The notes beneath the pieces are model-generated. The model was given only the letters and a program-made list of their open reading frames with translations. It made no database searches and was not told where the DNA came from. From Leptogorgia sarmentosa (lineage: Eukaryota), in NCBI GenBank assembly GCA_964658305.1, contig OZ210885.1, positions 17,670,001-17,734,000 of the forward strand: 64,000 nucleotides of DNA. The letters run 5' to 3'. The stretch's first letter is position 1; every line of letters starts with the position of its first letter. Made by a program: the position numbers and the translations under genes. Below are positions 38,349 to 51,330 of the stretch, piece by piece.

Positions 38349-41300
38349 TGTAGTAACTTACGTATTTAAGAAGACAACTCTTCGTACACTGATCTTTTAC
38401 TAAACGCCCTATTATTCACAATGATTGCTTACATCTACAGTGTAGCCATGCATGGTTAATATATGTACATACTTAATACTACAGTCAAATATGATTGACT
38501 GTTACATTCCTCCCTCTTCAGACTGTTACTATGCATTATCAAACTAATTGTCTTTTAGGAAACCTAGCCATATTTAGTTTATGATAAACTATACTATGAA
38601 TTTTTTTAAATTTGTTTTTCTAAGTTTTCTAGTGTTACTGTATTTTAAATAGTCCAAATTTCTAATGTTCCTATTTTATATAGTCTTTATAAATTTCTAA
38701 TGTTGCTATTTTATATAGTCTTTATACTTCCCTTGATAGATGCTTTTTTTCATTCTTTCTGATCTTCTTGGATTACTGGCGTTTGCTGTCATAAGATTCT
38801 CTGTATTGTTCAGATTCATACTGTGGCTGCTATCAGCGTCCTGATGTGTTCTGCTGGATGTTGTGGCTTCGTAACTGCTTGGTACTTTTACTCTCGATGA
38901 TTCATCGTTGATTTCTGCTAATCGAGTTGTTCTGAGTGGTTTCACTTTGGATGCATCTCTGCACTTTACCTTTCCATCTTTTACACGTTTCGCATAGATT
39001 GTTGATCCTTTTATGCTCGTCACAATATATATGTACGGTTCGTACGGTGTATGTTTCTTTTTCTTCTTCTCTCTCTTCATTAATACTGCATCTCCGCTTT
39101 TGATTCTGTGCGACTTCACTCTGTAGCGTCTGTCGTGGTACTGCTTCCGTTTCTGCTTGTAGATTTCATCATTTCGTTTAACTTCGCTTTGAGTAATATG
39201 AACTTCGGTGGGGAAATGTTCCAATCGTGTTCGAACTTGACGATGCATCAAAACTTCATATGGCGCGGATTTTGTTGCAGGGTGAGGTGTCTGTCTGTAT
39301 GCTTGTAACATATCATATATTGCATTCTCGATATCGATTCCTTCTTCACAAGCAATCTTCGTTGTTTTATTGATCAGCTTATTAAAATTTTCCACTTGAC
39401 CCTGGGCTTTCGGGTTTATTGGTGTTACACGCTTATGTTGAAATCCCATCTCTTTGGCAAATGCTTGGAATTGTTCCCCATTGAAAGGTGGACCATTGTC
39501 AGTTTGTAATACTCTAGGGACTCCGTGGGTCGAGAAAATTTTTTTCAGTTTCTTTGTCACAGGCAATGTTGATGTAGATGTTACCATCTCGACCTCTGGA
39601 TATCGAGAATATTGGTCAGTAAGCACCAATGCATATTTGTTATTAGGCAATGGTCCGCAAAAATCAGCTTCTACGACGTCCCATGGTCTGTCTGGTAACG
39701 GTGACATCTTGGCTGGCTCGGTATGGTGGTGATCTGTTGCAATCTGGCAGTTAAAACATGACTGTACCGCGTCTTCTATACTAGAATTCATTCCTGGAAA
39801 CCAATACTTTCGTCGAATCATTTCTTTCGTCTTATTTACCCCGAGATGTCCTTGCTTGTGGGCAGAATGAATGATTCTTTGTCTCAATGACTGCGGTGCT
39901 ACAATTCGATCCATTCGCATAACAACTCCATCCGCGACAAATAGCTCATCTCTGACTTCATAATACGGTTTCAAAAACTGTTTAGCTTCACTCCAGTTTC
40001 CGGTTTCAATCGTTTCCGAGAGTTCGCGCAACTCTGCGTCATCCTCGGTGGCTCTCTTGATTTTCGACCAGACTATGGCATGATCAGCTTGAATGGCAGC
40101 GTTGACGTGTTTCTCAATGTGGTGTTTGCCAGTTTCTGGAAGAGGATGTCGTGATATATAATCGGTCATGTTGCTCTTGCCGGGTATGTGGATAGCTTCA
40201 AAATCCAGATTCTGCATCTTGATGATGATTCTTTCAATCCGTGGTGGGATTTTCGCTTTCGGATTATTGAGAAGCGGGAGTAAAGGTTTGTGGTCAGTTA
40301 CAAGCTTGAATTTTGGCGCTCCTAACAAGTACATCTGCAATCGACTTGTAGTGAATTCAGCTGCCAGTGCCTCCCTTTCGATTTGAGAATAATGCTTCTC
40401 CGTGTCGGTCAGTGTTCGGCTGACGTAATGGACAGGTTGAAATCCCTCCGTTGTCTTCTGGAGTAGGGCTCCACCGAGGCGCTCTGGACTACCATCGACG
40501 ATAACCAAGGTTTCCCGTCCTGGTTGGTAAGGGATTAGGACTGGTGCCGTTGTGAGGGCTGCTTTAAGATCATCGAATGCTTGCTGTTGCTCTGGACCCC
40601 ATTGGAATTTAGTGTTCTCTTTGGTCAATCTTCTTAAAGGCTCGCATCTGCTCGAGAATCGATCGATGTAACGAGAAAGGTATGCAACCATCTGTAAAAA
40701 CGATACTAATTCCTCTTTGGTGTTAGGTTTCTGGCAGGCGTTGACAGCATCGACCTTGCTAGCACTTGGCTTCAGGCCCTTCGCGGTGAATAAGTGACCG
40801 TGGAATTCGAGAGTTGACTTGCGAAATTCACATTTCTCTTGTCGTAGGGTGAGGTTGTGGTCCTTCAGTTTTTCGAGTACAGTCTTTAGGTTCTTGTCAT
40901 GGTCAGCGAGATCCACCCCTCCAATCATAATATCGTCACGATTGTTGAGTGTCTTAGGAATACCTGATAAGATCTTCGCCATCTCATTGTCGAATAAATC
41001 TTGACTGTTGATTCCGCCAAAGGCAAGACGCGTGTATCTGTAATTTCCCCAAGGCGTTGAAAATGTCATAGCTTGTCTGGACTGTGGATCGATGACAAAT
41101 TGGTGGTACCCATGGTTCATGTCTAATTTACTGAAAATACTACAATCTCGAAATGCTGTAATGAAGTCCTCTGTAATGGGTGCTTGCACTTGGCGGGTTC
41201 TTAGCATTGATTTATTAAGCGTCCGTGAATCAAGGCTAAGGCGAATATCATTGGGGTTCTTGGGCTTGGGTTGCACGACAATGGGAGAACACCAAGTTAT

Positions 41301-43194
41301 AGGTTCTTGGTCGGGAACTTTTTCCATAATCCCTTGTTCCACAAACTCCTGGAGCCGTTTCTTGAGTGGATCCATTAAATGATATGCCACTCGTCTTGGT
41401 TTCTGTGCCACAGGTTCAGCATCTTCCTTCATAGGCAGATGTAATTGAATCTCCTCACCGTTCCGGGTCGCTCTACCAATTCCATGGAATAGGTCTTGAT
41501 ATGGTTCAAGTATCTCCTCGACACTGGGCGTTGTCTGCTGTGGTTTCCGGATGTTTTGGATGGGTTTGTTTGGTTCTTTAAGTCGCCCAGATTCATCGAT
41601 TTTCACCGTGCCCAATTCTTCTAAGGTTGCCCGTCCGATTAAGGGTAAAGAATTGATTTTTCCTTCAACGATGACCAGTGGAACTTGTGTTTGTCGTGTT
41701 TCATTTTCGATGGTCACATTACATTCACCTTTAACTGGTAACTTTTCTTTCAACGTATTCAGCTTTATTTTCGACTCGTATAGGTGTAGCTTGGTTGACT
41801 TGTTTTTTAGCTCTCGGAATTGTATTTCATCCATAATGTTCGAGTCTGCGCCTGTATCCGGTTCAACAAGCGTTTTATGACCATTAATGTAAACCACGCA
41901 GGGGGATGCTGATTTCTTTGATTCTTTGCTTGTTTTGTAGATTTTTAAGTGATTCACGAGATCATTGTCACTTGATGTGCTGCTCTCAGTACTCGAACTT
42001 CGATCTCTGCTGTTGGTGACATGTTTGACATTTTTATACTTCGCCACTTCCCGGTCTCTAGGTCTTCTTTCTCCAAATGGGAGCTGTTTCGTTTCTCTCT
42101 TGTCTCTGCCTTCAAAAGATCGTCGTGATGACCTTTCCATTGGCTTGGATCGACATACTTTGGCGTAGTGGTTACGTTTTCCACAGGCGTTGCAAAGACA
42201 TCCTATCGCTGGACATTGTTTGTGAGCACGATCAAATCCACATCTGTCACACGGTATTGTTGTAACTTCACGGTTCGATGATGGTCTTTGTGCGTGATAA
42301 TTGTGAGACAAAGGTCGCTGCTGTCTTTGCCGTTGTCGATAATTCTGAACTCGTTTGATTGTTTCTTCAGAGTTAACTTTCATCTCCATCTCTTTAGCCT
42401 GTATTCGGGTTTCTTCGTCTAACTCAGCCTCCTCTAGAATCTGGTCAAGCGTCCAATTCTTGCGTATTGCCTTAATGCGTAAGACATTGTTCGTCATTGT
42501 TTTTATTAAGTGGTCCCGAATAGCTTCGCTCTCGTTCGAAAAATTGCATTTCTTTGCGATTTCTCTGATGCGTGTGTAGTAACGAATAAGTGATTCTCCA
42601 TGGTTTTGTTTCAGATTTCCAAACTGGAATCTTGCAAAATCTTTGTTTTTCTTTGGCAGAAAATGCTTATTGAGCTTTTTAACGAGTTGTGAATATTCGT
42701 CTTCGCCGGCTTCGTCGCCCGTGAGGTCAAGAAGCGTGTCCTCTAAATCTGCGATTGTTTGACCGCCGTAAATGATCAATCCGTCTTTCTTCATTTCTGG
42801 TTCTGTTATCCCAAAGTAGCGAAACTGTCTTTCAATGTTCTGTAGCCATTTCTCCCATGCTGACGCAGTTTCAGTCCGATTTTCGTTGATTTGAAATGGT
42901 CTCACGTTGAGTTGGCGGTTCGTCACGCTTATATTATTTGCACTTGCATTCGTTCCGGAGCTGGAACCTTTTTTCTCCTTGTCGTGGCTCATAATTTCTC
43001 GCTTTAGATCAATATTTAGTACATCCTCGTCGCCAATGTAGTAACTTATGTATTTAAGAAGACAACTCTTCGTACAGTGATCTTTTACTAAACGCCCTAT
43101 TATTCACAATGATTGCTTACATCTACAGTGTAGCCATGCATGGTTAATATATGTACATACTTAATACTACAGTCAAATATGATTGACTGTTACA
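38349..43194 (-). mobile_element. Intact Ty3/Gypsy LTR retrotransposon, 158-bp LTRs, TSD TCCAG
   Basis: LTRs at 38349-38506 and 43037-43194 (TG..CA, 2 mismatches by eye). TSD at 38344-38348 and 43195-43199. PBS TGGCGACGAGGAT (tRNA-Ser-like) at 43023-43035. PPT at 38507-38519. Confidence 0.97.
38706..42992 (-). CDS. Gag-Pol polyprotein (gag with CCHC knuckles, protease, RT, RNase H, integrase), 1428 aa
   Basis: CDRCG..H..C / CNACGKRNH...C; DTGA; LDMNHGYHQ, NRDD; VDGS, YSQIEREAL, TDHKPL; H...GH...C..C; ADF, TDNGPPF, GQVENFNK. Confidence 0.96.
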   Translation of the reverse strand: MSHDKEKKGSSSGTNASANNISVTNRQLNVRPFQINENRTETASAWEKWLQNIERQFRYFGITEPEMKKDGLIIYGGQTIADLEDTLLDLTGDEAGEDEYSQLVKKLNKHFLPKKNKDFARFQFGNLKQNHGESLIRYYTRIREIAKKCNFSNESEAIRDHLIKTMTNNVLRIKAIRKNWTLDQILEEAELDEETRIQAKEMEMKVNSEETIKRVQNYRQRQRQQRPLSHNYHAQRPSSNREVTTIPCDRCGFDRAHKQCPAIGCLCNACGKRNHYAKVCRSKPMERSSRRSFEGRDKRETKQLPFGERRPRDREVAKYKNVKHVTNSRDRSSSTESSTSSDNDLVNHLKIYKTSKESKKSASPCVVYINGHKTLVEPDTGADSNIMDEIQFRELKNKSTKLHLYESKIKLNTLKEKLPVKGECNVTIENETRQTQVPLVIVEGKINSLPLIGRATLEELGTVKIDESGRLKEPNKPIQNIRKPQQTTPSVEEILEPYQDLFHGIGRATRNGEEIQLHLPMKEDAEPVAQKPRRVAYHLMDPLKKRLQEFVEQGIMEKVPDQEPITWCSPIVVQPKPKNPNDIRLSLDSRTLNKSMLRTRQVQAPITEDFITAFRDCSIFSKLDMNHGYHQFVIDPQSRQAMTFSTPWGNYRYTRLAFGGINSQDLFDNEMAKILSGIPKTLNNRDDIMIGGVDLADHDKNLKTVLEKLKDHNLTLRQEKCEFRKSTLEFHGHLFTAKGLKPSASKVDAVNACQKPNTKEELVSFLQMVAYLSRYIDRFSSRCEPLRRLTKENTKFQWGPEQQQAFDDLKAALTTAPVLIPYQPGRETLVIVDGSPERLGGALLQKTTEGFQPVHYVSRTLTDTEKHYSQIEREALAAEFTTSRLQMYLLGAPKFKLVTDHKPLLPLLNNPKAKIPPRIERIIIKMQNLDFEAIHIPGKSNMTDYISRHPLPETGKHHIEKHVNAAIQADHAIVWSKIKRATEDDAELRELSETIETGNWSEAKQFLKPYYEVRDELFVADGVVMRMDRIVAPQSLRQRIIHSAHKQGHLGVNKTKEMIRRKYWFPGMNSSIEDAVQSCFNCQIATDHHHTEPAKMSPLPDRPWDVVEADFCGPLPNNKYALVLTDQYSRYPEVEMVTSTSTLPVTKKLKKIFSTHGVPRVLQTDNGPPFNGEQFQAFAKEMGFQHKRVTPINPKAQGQVENFNKLINKTTKIACEEGIDIENAIYDMLQAYRQTPHPATKSAPYEVLMHRQVRTRLEHFPTEVHITQSEVKRNDEIYKQKRKQYHDRRYRVKSHRIKSGDAVLMKREKKKKKHTPYEPYIYIVTSIKGSTIYAKRVKDGKVKCRDASKVKPLRTTRLAEINDESSRVKVPSSYEATTSSRTHQDADSSHSMNLNNTENLMTANASNPRRSERMKKSIYQGKYKDYIK

Positions 43195-44059
43195 TCCAGT
43201 TTAAAAGCTAGAATAGAAGAGAGAGACCTTTCAATGTCCAGTCTATTTCTGTCTGAACCTTCTGATTTATTCTTGTTTACCAAGGGAAAAACCCTTTCAA
43301 TTCCTGCATTTGAATGTGGTGTAATAAGAACCACTGTGAAGTTGCCACAACATTCATCACGACATTCATCACGACATTCGTCACAACATTCGTCACAACA
43401 TTCATCACACATTCGTAAGCAGATTAAATCTGCTGATAAAGACCACATGTTGCGCGCTTACTATTTACCATCATTTAAAAGTTTTAACAGTTAAAGTGTA
43501 CTATTTCTTGAGCAGATTTAACAAATTCTTCATGTTCTAACCTGCCTTAAATTCCCAAAATAGTTTCGAGAAGGTTTAGGTAATAATGACTGCGAAACCT
43601 TTCGGATTCAAAGTCTCTTCTTGTTTGATATATACAATTAGTAGTTTACACCTTATATGCTACAGGCCCGACCTTTAGTAATTGTCTAATACTGAAATTT
43701 AGTAAGTGTCCAAATTTATACTTTTAATCATCGTATATATACATATATATAAGAGAATGTGCACACAGATGAGCAGAAGCTATATCATGTAAAGAACCTT
43801 AATAATTAGAATTGTCAAAAGGAGGTGATGGCTGGCCTGTGGTACGCTACATATAACATCTAATAATAGATCTCCATATATTATAATTACATTCAAACAG
43901 AAACTAATTCTTTATACTGAAGAACTTTAATAAGTTACAGAAGTCCTTGTTTCAACCTGAGAAACAAATTAATGAAACTCATTTATCTTTGAATTTTTCA
44001 AATACTAGACATACAATTTTCACTTCAAACTATACTTAAAAACATTTCATTGACAATCC

Positions 44060-45048
44060 CAACAATGTATTGCTTGCGTTTAATATTTTTATACACTGCC
44101 GTGTTTTTGCCATTTTAAAGTACTTACCATTTTACTTTGAACATTGATGTAATATGATGCGTTTCTGAGGAATGTGCATGTTAAATTTCAAGTCATTTTC
44201 TCGCTTCATTCTAGCCATAGATTTTTCATTTTCCAATATATTATACATATATCAACGATAATTCCGACAATGTATTGCTTGCCTTTAATATTTTTATACA
44301 CTGCCGTGTTTTTGCCATTGTAAAGTAAAGGTGTGATATAAGAATTAGTCTGCAACTCAAACGGAATGTGAACTTCAAGTCCTTTTTTTCATTACCTATT
44401 CTATAGAAATTTTTTATTTTCACATATGTTATTCAGAAAACACTGATATATCATACAATGTATAGATTGGCCTGGGGACCGAATCGTATCAATGCGTTTT
44501 TTTACTTTGAACATTGATGTAATATGATGCGTTTCTGAGGAATGTGCATATTAAATTTCAAGTCATTTTCTCGCTTCATTCTAGCCATAGATTTTTCATT
44601 TTCCAATATATTATACGTATTTCAACGATAATTCCGACAATGTATTGCTTGCCTTTAATATTTTTATACACTGCCATGTTTTTGCCATTGTAAAGTAAAG
44701 GTGTGATATAAGAATTAGTCTGCAACTCAAACGGAATGTGAACTTCAAGTCCTTTTTTTCATTACCTATTCTATAGAAATTTTCTACTTTCACATATGTT
44801 ATTCAGAAAACACTGATATATCATACAATGTATAGATTGGCCTGGGGACCGAATCGTATCAATGCGTTTTTTTACTTTGAACATTGATGTAATATGATGC
44901 GTTTCTGAGGAATGTGCATATTAAATTTCAAGTCATTTTCTCGCTTCATTCTAGCCATAGATTTTTCATTTTCCAATATATTATACGTATTTCAACGATA
45001 ATTCCAACAATGTATTGCTTGCCTTTAATATTTTTATACACTGCCGTG
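44060..45048 (+). repeat. ~370-bp satellite array 1 (~2.5 units)
   Basis: Marker CCTGGGGACCGAA at 44471 and 44841. Confidence 0.9.
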
Positions 45049-48000
45049 CAGGGGCGGATCTAGGGGCCATCAAATCAGTCACGCGACTAATGTAAAAATC
45101 CCAAATATTATATTTCTTGTTGCAAATATTTAATCTAGTCCAGTTATCGTTCATCATGCAGTGGCAGCTTATTACAGGTCAGAACAGTTCAGTGCAATCG
45201 AGCCCAGTGGTCAATGCATTGGTAATGGCATTGGCTGAGCCAACAAACTTAATCAAGTCAAGCCAGCTGACATACGCAAAGTTGGTCAGTCAAAAAGTCA
45301 AAATCCAATGTTCTGATTGGTCTAGACGCTTATTTCCATGGAAATAAGCAACTTATGGCAATTTTGACTGATCTGTGGGGAGTTCTGACCGACTTGCAAA
45401 AGTCAAGGGCGCCTATAGACAAATCATAGATACAAATAGATATTATTGTTGTCCTGGAAACATTACAATATTCGACGCGTGCTCTGTGCCTCGAAGAGTT
45501 TTTTCAAACACAGAAAGTTCCGAAATGTCGGCTACTCCTTGTAGTACTTACGAAACCATTCAATCCGCTTTGGGTGCGAATAATGTATCAGTCTTGAAAA
45601 GCTGTTGGGCTGATCTTATGAAGAAAGTCGACTGCATATCCGAATCGGAGAGCACGGTTGAGCAGTTGCTGGACGCCATGAATAGCACGGACCACAGTGT
45701 GAGTAGAAATATTCGCGCCGAGATATATATACGCAAGAGTGTGTGAGACCAAAAGAGTCAGTCATGTACTGCAATAAGGTAAATTGAAATGATATATCGA
45801 TTTCAATATTTTAGTTAGAATAACAGTATCTCTATAAGAATAATAAAAGCAAACAGGATGCGTGGCATTGCGCGCCAATACACGCACCTCGAATGTGATT
45901 CAGCTATGAAATTTATTTGCATATTTTTGCGGTGAAGGACCCGTAAACTGATCAAAAGTCAAAGGGCTTTCATTATCTCGTCCAGGCTATAATATTTTAA
46001 CAAAACGCAGTAGATATACACTACAGTATAGGGTAATACTAATGTCAATGCTTAAAATTGAGAAATATCAAATATGACACCGAAGATTACGTGTCAGATC
46101 GAATGTTTTCAGTTATTTTTATAAACATGTATTTGATAAATTGATATCATATAGCTGTACAAACATCATAAGGTTAAAATTTTAAAAAAATAAATTAAAT
46201 ATCTTATATGTTTTGTCTGTTTTATTAGATCAGAAGCCTCAAGCAATTGCCTTTATAGCTCTGTGTCTTTATTGCTGGTAGGTGACAATACTTTAGTGCA
46301 CACTTTAAGAATTTTGACATCACTTGAGCTTTTTATGAATGCTCAGTTTTACTGTGACCATCCCTGCTTTTTGTCTGCGATTGATGAACATCCTGAATGC
46401 TTTGGCAAAAGTGTTTACAATCTTTTGCCTTTATCTGTTTCCTTTGAATCCTTAGATACAGGTTCTATCAAGCATGATTTGGTGAGGCAGGAAGCTATTT
46501 CAAATTGTAATGCTGGTAAATGGCCATCATTTCTTTGTATCATGGGTCTTTCTTCTGTGTTGCAAAGAAATATAATCACATATTACCCAGACTTTGGAGA
46601 TCTTAGATTTAAATTGCTATTTAATCGTGTTATTCAGCCCCGCTTGCATGCCAAAAAGAGTACCGTAAAAGATCTCCGTATTCTGTTCTGCTATGAAGGT
46701 GACATTACACCTGGGGAAAAATTTCAACCTAATCACTTTGTTCCTCTTCTTTTTCATGCACGACTGCAAAAACGAAAGTTAGTTGCTACTTCACAGTCAT
46801 CAACAGCAGCCAAGAAACAAAGGGTATCTTCTAAAAAAGCTTCGAAAATTCCTGCTGGTAATATATCCAACTTTTTTACTATAGCAGAAAAACCTTCTGC
46901 AAACCGACCTTCTCAGAAGAAACCTATTGAGACTTTTTCTTCTGCTGCATCACCTATGACTTCAGCTAATCCTTCATTTCAGAAGATGACTAATGAGCCT
47001 TTTCTTTCGTCCACATCATCTGTAGCCCATTATGTAAAGTCCAATTTTGTTTATAACTTCGATGTTGCATCATACAGGGAGAGAGTTAAGGGTATGGATT
47101 CTTCTCAAATTTGTGAGTTGGTTAAAAACGTCTTCAAGCCTGACAAAACTTTTTCCTTCCCTAAGACTAATGGTAGATGCTTCAGATATAATTGGTTAGA
47201 ATCATATCCATGGCTCTGCTATTCACCATCTATGGATGGTGCATTTTATTTGTCATGTGTGTTGTTTGGGGATATTTTTTCAGGAAAAGCTTCCAAAATA
47301 ACTAGACTGTTTTCAGCACCCCTTTGCCGTTGGAATGATGCTGCATTTACTTTTAAAAAACATGCAGGCCATGGTACAGCAGGAGAAATGGGATTACATG
47401 CTTCAACATTTCCAATGTTAACTGCAGTACTTGATCAGATGTCAGGGACTGCACAACCCATTGAGGTCATGTTAGACAATAGAATTAAGAAAGAAATTGA
47501 AGAGAACAGGACTAAGTTAGCTTCAATTGCTGATGCTGTCCTTTACTGTGGTCGTTTAGGTTTGCCACTCCGTGGTCATCGTGATGATTCGAAATATCAT
47601 CCAGAGGTTGGTCAGTATTCTAGTGGAGGTGTTGGCAATTTTATAGAAACGATTAATTTGAAAGTGCGATCAGGAAATAAGGTTTTAGAAAATCACTTGA
47701 AAACATGTGGCAAAATAAAAGTTACATTTCTAAGACCAGCCAAGATAAGATGATTAACTGTTTTGGTCAGGTCATTTCAGAAAAGATTGTAAATGATATT
47801 AAGGAAAGTAAGTTCTTTACTATTATTGCTGATGAGGCTGCAGATTCATCACACAAAGAGCAAATGGCCCTTGTTTTGCATTTTGTTGATAAAAATATGG
47901 ATATAAGAGAGGAGTTTATTGCTTTCCTTCAGTGTAAATGGGGATTAAGTGGAGAGAATCTTGCAAAACTCTTATTTGAGGCGCTGAATGGTCTTGATTT

Positions 48001-48638
48001 GCCAATTGAGGATTGTCGAGGACAAAGATATGATGGTGCTGGTTCAGTTGCTGGTTGTGTGAAAGGTTTGGCTGCTCAAATCTTAAGGCTTAATCCTAAA
48101 GCTCTCTATACGCACTGCTATAGTCATAGACTAAACTTGTCAATTTGTGATAGCATGTCAATTATTGAGGTTAAGAAAATGCTGAAACATGTGAAAGTTA
48201 CTAATTTTATAAATATTTCTCAAACTCGCAATATGCCTTTTGAGGAGACTGTTCAGAATAGTTCAGAAACTGACTCAAAGAAAACCAGACTGCCAGATGT
48301 TTGTCGTACAAGATGGGTTAATTCAATTAAGGGTCTGAGCACTTTTGAGGAACTGTTTGTTCTTGTTTACAACTTGCTTGATGATATGACAAACAGAAAA
48401 TACAACCCTTCTCTTCGTACTGATGCGTCTCATTTGCTTTGACTTATTTCTGATTTTGAGTTTCTTGCAATTTTGGTAATTACCAGAAATATTTTTGACT
48501 TAACTCTTCCTGTAACACAGCTTTTGCAAGGCAAGAGTATTGATGTCATGGATGGTATTGATTTGGTCTCTTCCTTGAAGACTAGTATAGTTAATGTAAG
48601 GAACTCTATTGACTCATATCACGATCAATGGTATGAAA
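45049..48638 (+). mobile_element. 3'-truncated hAT element (left TIR CAGGGGCGGATCTAG) inserted in the satellite
   Basis: The satellite breaks at ...CTGCCGTG|CAGGGGCGGATC. The transposase runs to ~48638, where foldback-arm sequence resumes. Confidence 0.85.
45525..48638 (+). pseudogene. OTU/vertnin-like domain fused to TTF-zinc-finger hAT transposase (PRKRIR/THAP12-like)
   Basis: Exons 45525-45778 and 46229 onward. SNCLYSSVSLLLVG...LR...EL...PNHFVPL, then F..NWL..YPWL.YS...DGAF, LPLRGHRDD, GNF, ADEAAD.S.KEQM, YDGA, HCYSHRLNL, TRW. Stops at 45746 and 48442; frameshift at ~47720. Confidence 0.8.
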
Positions 48639-48819
48639 TATATTAATTACATTCAAACAGAAACTAATTCTTTATACTGAAGAACGTTAATAAGTTACAA
48701 AAGTCCTTGTTTCAACCTGAGAAACAAATTAATGAAACTCATTTATCTTAATTCGAATTGTTCGAATACTAGACATAGAATTTTCACTTCAAACTATACT
48801 TAAAAACATTTCTTTGACA

Positions 48820-51330
48820 ATCCCAACAATGTATTGCTTGCCTTTAATATTTTTATACACTGCCGTGTTTTTGCCATTTTAAAGCAAAGGTGTGATATGA
48901 GAATTAGTCTGCAACTCAAACGGAAATGCATGTGAACTTCAAGTTCTTTTTTTTCATTACCTATTCTATAGAAATTTTTTATTTTCGCATATGTTATTCA
49001 GAAAACACTGATATATCAAACAATGTATAGCTTGGCCTGGGGACCGAATGATATCAATGCGTTTTTTTACTTTGAACATTGATGTAATATGATGCGTTTC
49101 TGAGGAATGTGCATGTTAAATTTCAAGTCTTTTTCTCGCTTCATTCTAGCCATAGATTTTTCATTTTGCAATATATCATACATATTACAATGATAATTCC
49201 AACAATGTATTGCTTGCCTTTAATATTTTTATACACTGCCGTGTTTTTGCCACTTTAATGTAAAGGTGTGATATGAGAATTAGTCTGCAACTCAAACGGA
49301 AGTGCATGTGAACTTCAAGTCCTTTTTTTCATTACCTATTCTATAGAAATTTTTTATTTTCACATATGTTATTCACAAAACACCGATATATCATACAATG
49401 TATAGCTTGGCCTGGGGACCGAATGATATCAATGCGTTTTTTTACTTTGAACATTGGTGTAATATGATGCGTTTCTGAGGAATGTGCATGTTAAATTTCA
49501 AGTCTTTTTCTCGCTTCATTCTAGCCATAGATTTTTCATTTTGCAATATATTATGCATATTTCAATGATAATTCCAACAATGTATTGCTTGCCTTTAATA
49601 TTTTTATACACTGCCGTGTTTTTGCCACTTTAAAGTAAAGGTGTGATATGAGAATTCGTCTTCAACTCAAACGGAAATGCATGTGAACTTCAAGTCCTTT
49701 TTTTATTACCTATTGTATAGAATTTTTTTATTTTCACATATGTTATTCAGAAAACACTGATATATCAAACAATGTATAGCTTGGCCTGGGGACCGAGTGA
49801 TATCAATGCGTTTTTTTACTTTGAACATTGATGTAATATGATGCGTTTCTGAAGAATGTGCATGTTAAATTTCAAGTCTTTTTCTCGCTTCATTCTAGCC
49901 ATAGATTTTTTCATTTTGCAATATATTATACATATTACAATGATAATTCCAACAATGTATTGCTTGCCTTTAATATTTTTATACACTGCCATGTTTTTGC
50001 CATTTTAAAGCAAAGGTGTGATATGAGAATTATAGTCTGCAACTCAAACGGAAATGCATGTGAACTTCAAGTTCTTTTTTTTCATTACCTATTCTATAGA
50101 AATTTTTTATTTTCACATATGTTATTCACAAAACACCGATATATCATACAATGTATAGCTTGGCCTGGGGACCGAATGATGTCAATGCGTTTTTTTACTT
50201 TGAACATTGATGTAATATGATGCGTTTCTGAAGAATGTGCATGTTAAATTTCAAGTCTTTTTCTCGCTTCATTCTAGCCATAGATTTTTCATTTTGCAAT
50301 ATATTATACATATTACAATGATAATTCCAACAATGTATTGCTTGCCTTTAATATTTTTATACACTGCCGTGTTTTTGGCACTTTTTGCCATTTTAAAGCA
50401 AAGGTGTGATATGAGAATTAGTCTGCAACTCAAACGGAAATGCATGTGAACTTCAAGTTCTTTTTTTTCATTACCTATTCTATAGAAACTTTTTATTTTC
50501 ACATATGTTATTCACAAAACACCGATATATCATACAATGTATAGCTTGGCCTGGGGACCGAATGATGTCAATGCGTTTTTTTACTTTGAACATTGGTGTA
50601 ATATGATGCGTTTCTGAGGAATGTGCAGCATGTTAAATTTGAAGTCTTTTTCTCGCTTCATTCTAGCCATAGATTTTTCATTTTGCAATATATTATACAT
50701 ATTACAATGATAATTCCAACAATGTATTGCTTGCCTTTAATATTTTTATACACTGCTGTGTTTTTGCCACTTTAAAGTAAAGGTGTGATATGAGAATTAG
50801 TCTGCAACTCAAACGGAAGTGCATGTGAACTTCAAGTCCTTTTTTTCATTACCTATTCTATAGAAATTTTTTATTTTCACATATGTTATTCACAAAACAC
50901 CGATATATCATACAATGTATAGCTTGGCCTGGGGACCGAATGATATCAATGCGTTTTTTTACTTTGAACATTGATGTAATATGATGCGTTTCTGAGGAAT
51001 GTGCAGCATGTTAAATTTCAAGTCTTTTTCTCGCTTCATTCTAGCCATAGATTTTTCATTTTGCAATATATCATACATATTACAATGATAATTCCAACAA
51101 TATATTGCTTGCCTTTAATATTTTTATACACTGCCGTGTTTTTGGCACTTTTTGCCACTTTAAAGTAAAGGTGTGATATGATTATTAGTCTGCAACTCAA
51201 ACGGAAATGCATGTGAACTTCAAGTCCTTTTTTTCATTACCTATTCTATAGAACATATTTTCACATATGTTATTCAGAAAACACTGATATATCAAACAAT
51301 GTATAGCTTGGCCTGGGGACCGAATGATAT
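48820..51330 (+). repeat. ~375-385-bp satellite array 2 (~6.7 units)
   Basis: Marker CCTGGGGACCGA at 49036, 49411, 49785, 50164, 50550, 50928 and 51312. Confidence 0.93.

Larger units (their letters stand above)
37880..43328 (-). mobile_element. 3' fragment of a second hAT-like element (terminus CATAGTTGCCA at 37880), split by the Gypsy insertion
   Basis: VLITPHSNAGIERVF..VNKNK...RNRL...LSSILAFKL|DCPESFSKCYNLTPSEKLIVDAKKAT* reads across the Gypsy TSD. Confidence 0.7.

Noticed and set aside
39108..42579. Multiple + strand ORFs opposite the Gypsy polyprotein (similarly opposite the LINE ORFs)
   Set aside because: They are antisense shadows of long coding frames with no independent motifs.
43173..43448. 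Cys-rich CDEC-repeat protein (metallothionein-like)
   Set aside because: It is the translation of 12-bp subterminal repeats of the foldback arm fused by chance to a hAT C-terminal fragment.
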